64,000 nt of DNA from a virus (Duplodnaviria; Heunggongvirae; Uroviricota; Caudoviricetes). This document shows positions 59,005 to 64,000 of the stretch, in pieces. The stretch spans positions 128,001 through 192,000 of the IMG/VR virus record IMGVR_UViG_3300028888_000044, one strand, 5' to 3'. Each line of letters opens with the position of its first letter. The first letter of the stretch is position 1. The notes below the pieces were generated by a model. The model was not told the DNA's origin, did not search any database, and worked only from the letters and a program-made list of their open reading frames with translations. The position numbers were made by a program, and so were the translations under genes.

Positions 59005-60465
59005 ATGGATAACATATATATAACAAATAAGTTTTCAAAAAAGGATATTAAATTGAATGAAAGTTTCTTGTTAACAGAAGACCAAGAACGCACAATCAGA
59101 AACAAGATTGCGCGAGGTGTCGCATCTATTACGAAAATGGATGTTGCGAGTCAAGAAGTACAGTCAATGACTGATGATATTTGGAACACATATGTAAAGC
59201 ATCCAATTGAAGGTGAGAAGCGTCAGAATGATGAAGTGTGGGCAATCAACACTGTTATCAGCAGATTGGTTCCATATGTTGTAAGACGAAATGTGGATGG
59301 TAGTTTCTTTGTATACAAGAATCCAAGAATTAAGAATTCCTTTGAGAACTTGATACAAGCGCAAAGGAAAGAACAGCAGTCAAAGAGACAGTTGTGGGCT
59401 GATGATGAAAGCTTGACCTATTGGAACACCAATAAGAAATATGCTGATGCACTTCAAAATTGGAACAAGCAAACCGAAGCTAAATATCATTATACTGTTT
59501 ATAAGGTTGAAGACTACTATACACCAATTGAAGGTTTGGGAATGACTGTCACTGAACTTGGTAACTATACTGGAGGTCAAGGTGCAGTTCCATTGTGTTA
59601 TACGCAATCTGAAGATACATATGATAATTATACCCATGATGGTAAGTATACAATGTATGCTCTGTTGCGAGATGGATGGCAAGATGAACCTTGTGAGATG
59701 GATAAGACTACTTATCCATTGGACAGTTATGGTCTTTCAATGATATTTGTGATTGTGTCCCCTAATGGAGATATTGAATACAGTAACGTTAGGTGGAATC
59801 ACGGTCCTAAAAATTATGCAAGAAATGTTGATAATATATTCTCATTTGGAGAATTGAGAGACATTGTTGGTAGCAATACAATTGAGCAACTTGATTTAAA
59901 ATTTGCGGTTGATAAATCATTACAGTTGACTTTGATGTTTGAGAAATTAATAAAGTCTGGTAATAGTATTCGTAGCAAATTTAATGTTGATTATAATAAT
60001 AGCAGACCACTTCGTATAGATTTTGAGGATGATTATTATAATTTTGTTGATAGCAATAATAATTTGTTAAGCGATAAATGGTTTGATTTTGCATACAGAT
60101 TTGAAAATGGATATGCTGTGGTCACATTGAATAACCGTGAAAATTTGTTAAGAATAGATGGCTCATTGGTATGGGATAAACCAGAAGATGAATGGTTTGA
60201 CCAAATTACAAACCGTTTTGATGAAGGAGTTGTAATAGTATGTCGTGATGAGATGTTCAATTTCCTAAGGGAAGATGGAACATTGGTTTGGGATACAGAA
60301 GATACAAGTGAATGGTTTGAAAATGCTAATGATTTTGAAGATGGATTAGCGTTGGTTGGCAACTGGAGTGAAGATGAATACAATTTCTTAACATTAGATG
60401 GAGAATTGCTTTTAGACAGATATTATAACAAGATAGGTGATTTTAAAATGGTTTCGCAAGGGTAA
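59005..60465 (+). CDS. Array unit 2 (5' part of a frameshifted polyprotein): conserved domain plus WG-like repeats
   Basis: Highly similar to unit 1 N-terminus; FENGYAVV..NNRENLLRIDGSLVWDKPEDEWFD repeats. The ORF stops mid-repeat and the repeat continues in another frame. Confidence 0.85.
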   Translation: MDNIYITNKFSKKDIKLNESFLLTEDQERTIRNKIARGVASITKMDVASQEVQSMTDDIWNTYVKHPIEGEKRQNDEVWAINTVISRLVPYVVRRNVDGSFFVYKNPRIKNSFENLIQAQRKEQQSKRQLWADDESLTYWNTNKKYADALQNWNKQTEAKYHYTVYKVEDYYTPIEGLGMTVTELGNYTGGQGAVPLCYTQSEDTYDNYTHDGKYTMYALLRDGWQDEPCEMDKTTYPLDSYGLSMIFVIVSPNGDIEYSNVRWNHGPKNYARNVDNIFSFGELRDIVGSNTIEQLDLKFAVDKSLQLTLMFEKLIKSGNSIRSKFNVDYNNSRPLRIDFEDDYYNFVDSNNNLLSDKWFDFAYRFENGYAVVTLNNRENLLRIDGSLVWDKPEDEWFDQITNRFDEGVVIVCRDEMFNFLREDGTLVWDTEDTSEWFENANDFEDGLALVGNWSEDEYNFLTLDGELLLDRYYNKIGDFKMVSQG

Positions 60466-63400
60466 GACTTGATGATAAGGAAAATTTCATACGTATAAAC
60501 GGTACTTTGGTATGGGATAAACCAGAAGATAAATGGTTTGATTGGACATCGGATTTTTGTAAAGGTTTGGCAGAAGTAAGAATTGGTACTCAATGGAATT
60601 TCTTGAGAACTAATGGAACATTGCTTTGTGACAGAAATTATGACAGTACAACACCATTTAATATAAATGGTTTTGCTTGTGTTGAACTTAATAAATACGA
60701 AAATGTCATACGTAGAGACGGTACTTTAGTATGGGATAAACCAATAGGACAATGGTTTGATGAAGTATATATTCTAGATGACGATGAACCAGATTTAGTT
60801 GCTGTGGCATTCAAGAATGGTGTTCGTTATTATTTAAAAAAAGATGGTCATTTGTATGACGGTGACGATGCTAGTATTAGAATTCAAGAAAACAAGCAAT
60901 CAAGGCAAATATTGGCCGAAGAGGATTCTCGTATCAAAGGAACAAAAAATACCATAATCAACAACATTTCATCTCTCATCAATAAGCCGAAGACAGACCC
61001 GACAGTATTGCAATTGGCTCAAGAAGTATGGGACACTTATGTAGTAAAGCCTATAGCAGGTGAAAATCGTCAAATTGACGAATATATCGCAATTAGAAGC
61101 AATATTCCAAGGTTGTTGCATTACGTCTTAAAACAGAATATTGACGATGATGACAATATGTACTACTACATCAGTAAGAATCAAAAGTTTAGAAACAGTT
61201 TTGAAAACTTGATACAAAAGCAAAGGCAAGATAACAAAACTCCAATTCTTGGCGATACCGACAACAACTTCGTATTTTGGGATACTAGCAACAAATACAA
61301 CGAAGCGCTTCGTGCAGCAGACGAGCATGTTGTCAGTGCAAGAAGTAATTACTCTGTTTATAAGGTTGAAGACTACGATACACCAATCGAAGGTTTGAAC
61401 TGTACTGTTACTGAACTTGGTCAATTTACTGGTGGACAAGGTGCAGTTCCATTGTGTTATACGCAATCCAAATCTACATATGATAATTATACCAAAAATA
61501 ACAAATACGATATGTATGCGTTATTGCGTGATGGATGGCAGAACGAACCTTGTGAAATAGGAGAAGATTATCCATTGGACAGTTATGGCTTGTCAATGAT
61601 ATTCGTCATTATAGATGAAGCTGGTAATATACAGACAAACAATGTAAGATGGAATCACGGTCCTAATAGATATTCAAGAAGTGTTGACAATATATTCTCT
61701 TATGAGGAATTGGAATCTGTCGTAGGAACTTCTGTATTGAAGACGATTTCAGTTCATACAGCAATCGATGAATCACTTCGTTTGACATATGATTTTGAAA
61801 AAGCTGTTCAAGATAATGATATGCGCAAATTAAACAGTATAGAATGTTGTAAATATATTAGAGAGCTTGATTCGTATGAAATTATATATGGTGATAAATT
61901 TAATATAATGGATTCTGACAATAATCTACTTTCTGACATATGGTTTGACCAAATTTATTCCTTTGATAATGGTTATGCAATTGTTACAATTTCTGATAAA
62001 GAGAATCTTTTAGATTTAAATGGAAATTTAGTAGTAAAAAAACCAGTTGATGAATGGCCAGAATGCTGTGGGCATATGCATTGCGGTTATGCTGTTATTC
62101 GTAACAATTCAAAATATAATTATATTGGTCAAAACGGCAAATATTTATGGGATAAACCAGAAAATGAATGGTTTGACGATGCAGATTCATTTTCAGAAAA
62201 ATATAATACTGCACGTGTTAAGTTAAATGGTAAATTCAATCATATTAAGACAGATGGCACATTTGTATGGAATAAGCCAATAAATGAATGGTTTAATGGA
62301 ATGTTAAGAGAAGTTTCAAATGGTGTTATTTGTGTTCAATATGACATAAATACAGAAAATTATTGTAAGAGAGCTTATAATTATTTGAAATTGGATGGAA
62401 CATTATTATATAATGTACCAAAAGAAGAATGGTTTGATAGGGTGTATAATTTTGCAGAAGGGTTTGGACCTGTCGAAAAAAATTATAAGCACAACTTCAT
62501 TAATTTAGATGGTAAAATTATCAGTAAGGTGTGGTTTGATGATACATGCCCATTTCGTAATGGTTTTGCCAAAGTTTGCATTATAAAAAACAACAAAGAA
62601 TATTGGAATTTCTTAAAGCCAAATGGTACTTGCTTATTTGCTGAACCATTTGATGCAACAAGCGATTTTACAAATGGTGTTGCTGTTGTAGGTAGAAAAG
62701 GACGTTTTAATTATGCTACTGCTGATGGTAAATTTCTTTGGAATAAACAAGACAAATACTGGTTTGACGCTGTAAAAGATTTTTATTTCGGACGCGGTGT
62801 TGTATGTTTAAAAAATAAATATAACTTTTTGTTAAGTAATGGGACATTATTGCTAGAAAATTGGGCTGATTATATTTTAAGATACCCTAAATATGATGTT
62901 GATTTATCATCTATAAGAATTAACCATAAATATAATTTATGTGATTCTCAACGTTTCTTTATTGATGGTCCTTTGAATACTTGGTTGGATTCAGTTCAGT
63001 TTTTAAGGGAAGGATATATCACCATCGAAAAAAACAACAAATATAATTTTCTTTCCACTAATATGGAGCTATTATGGGATAAACCAGAAGAAGAATGGTT
63101 TGATGACATTATTGCAATAGGTTATGGCGAAGCCAATGTTATGCTTAATGGTCAACAATATGTTTTCTCATTTGAAGATTTTACAGCAATTCGCAAACAT
63201 TTTACTGGAATGGAAGATGATGAAGATATGCTGCTTGAAAGCTTGAAGGACAGAAAGCGCACATTGTTCAATTCCATCAAGAGAAATGTTGCACAAAAGA
63301 CAAATCTCGATGTAAATGGTGAAGAAGTTGCAAATATGTCACAAGAAATTTGGAACACATATATAGAACCAATTGACGGACACGGCATAAGAAGACAAAT

Positions 63401-64000
63401 CACTGATAGGGATTTCTTGTCAATGCGTAATCAGATACCTAGGCTTGTCGCATATGCTGTCGTATATACCAAGCTTGAAGATGGTAGCCTTTCATTCAGA
63501 GTTGACAAGAGAAAGCGTTTGCGTGATGGTTTCCAATCATTGATAAGCAGAATAGATACTGGTGATTATGACAACATATACAGACAGTATTCAAAGTTTA
63601 TGGATGATGATTCCAACCAAAACAATGAAGAGCAGAATAACTATGTAGGTAACTATACAGTTTACAAGGTTGTTGGTTATGATATGAATCTTCAAGACTT
63701 GGAAGGAAACGAGATTAATATGACTTTGAGTGAAATAGGTCAATATACTGGTGATGATAATTCAGACCCATTGTGCTATACCGAAAGTGAAGAAACATAT
63801 AATAACTACACAGACGAAGGTAGTTATAATATGTATATATTCTTAAAAAATGGATGGGAAAAAGAAATTAGTTTACGCGCAAAAGGTTATCCATATGACA
63901 GTTATGGTTTGTCTATGATTTTTATTGTCGTATCACAACAAGGCTTGTTGGTATATTCAAATGTAAGAAGAAATCACGGTGATGGTTCTTATTCGAATGT
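60447..64000 (+). CDS. Open frame missing from the ORF track (runs off the window): rest of unit 2, all of unit 3, start of unit 4
   Basis: Manual translation from 60447 (NGFARVRLDDKENFIRINGTLVWDKPEDKWFD...) found no stop through 64000, about 1180 codons. It contains two further PLCYT...NVR(W/R)NHG domains starting near 60920 and 63240. Confidence 0.85.

Noticed and set aside
56729-64000. Diversity-generating retroelement explaining the repeated segments
   Set aside because: No reverse transcriptase in the window; differences between copies are not adenine-specific and span whole coding domains.

Overview
The window reads as a segment of a large, AT-rich, contractile-tailed (myovirus-type, probably jumbo) bacteriophage in the standard genetic code. 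The host is probably an anaerobic Bacteroidota species: there is a TTTG-N19-TATATTTG promoter, A-rich SD-less starts, class III RNR, and BspA-LRR and WG-repeat proteins. Gene order: tail module (tape measure, tube-initiator-like protein, gp53/LysM-like wedge, 2298-aa hub with two peptidoglycan hydrolase domains; 1-14.2 kb). Then a possible head-associated pair, and a T4-like replication/nucleotide cluster (gp32-like SSB, tdk, uvsX, 5'-3' exonuclease, gp41-like helicase, nrdD, free-standing endonuclease, nrdG; 17-32.6 kb) interrupted by three antisense genes (two LRR proteins and an ADP-ribosyltransferase-like protein). Then a baseplate operon (gp25, gp6 and large structural proteins; 32.8-55.8 kb) and an Mre11/gp47-like nuclease. 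From 56.7 kb to the end is the most unusual part: at least four tandem copies of a conserved ~290-aa Cys/His domain, of which copies 1-3 each carry a divergent WG-like repeat module (copy 4 is cut by the window edge). Copies 2-4 appear to form one polyprotein, broken by a single frameshift and missing from the ORF track after it. Each copy begins at an L-x-E motif resembling a T4 prohead-protease site. A TATTTAT motif at near-fixed spacing links this array, the antisense genes and the baseplate operon into a putative late regulon. All family assignments come from motif recognition by eye; no database searches were run.
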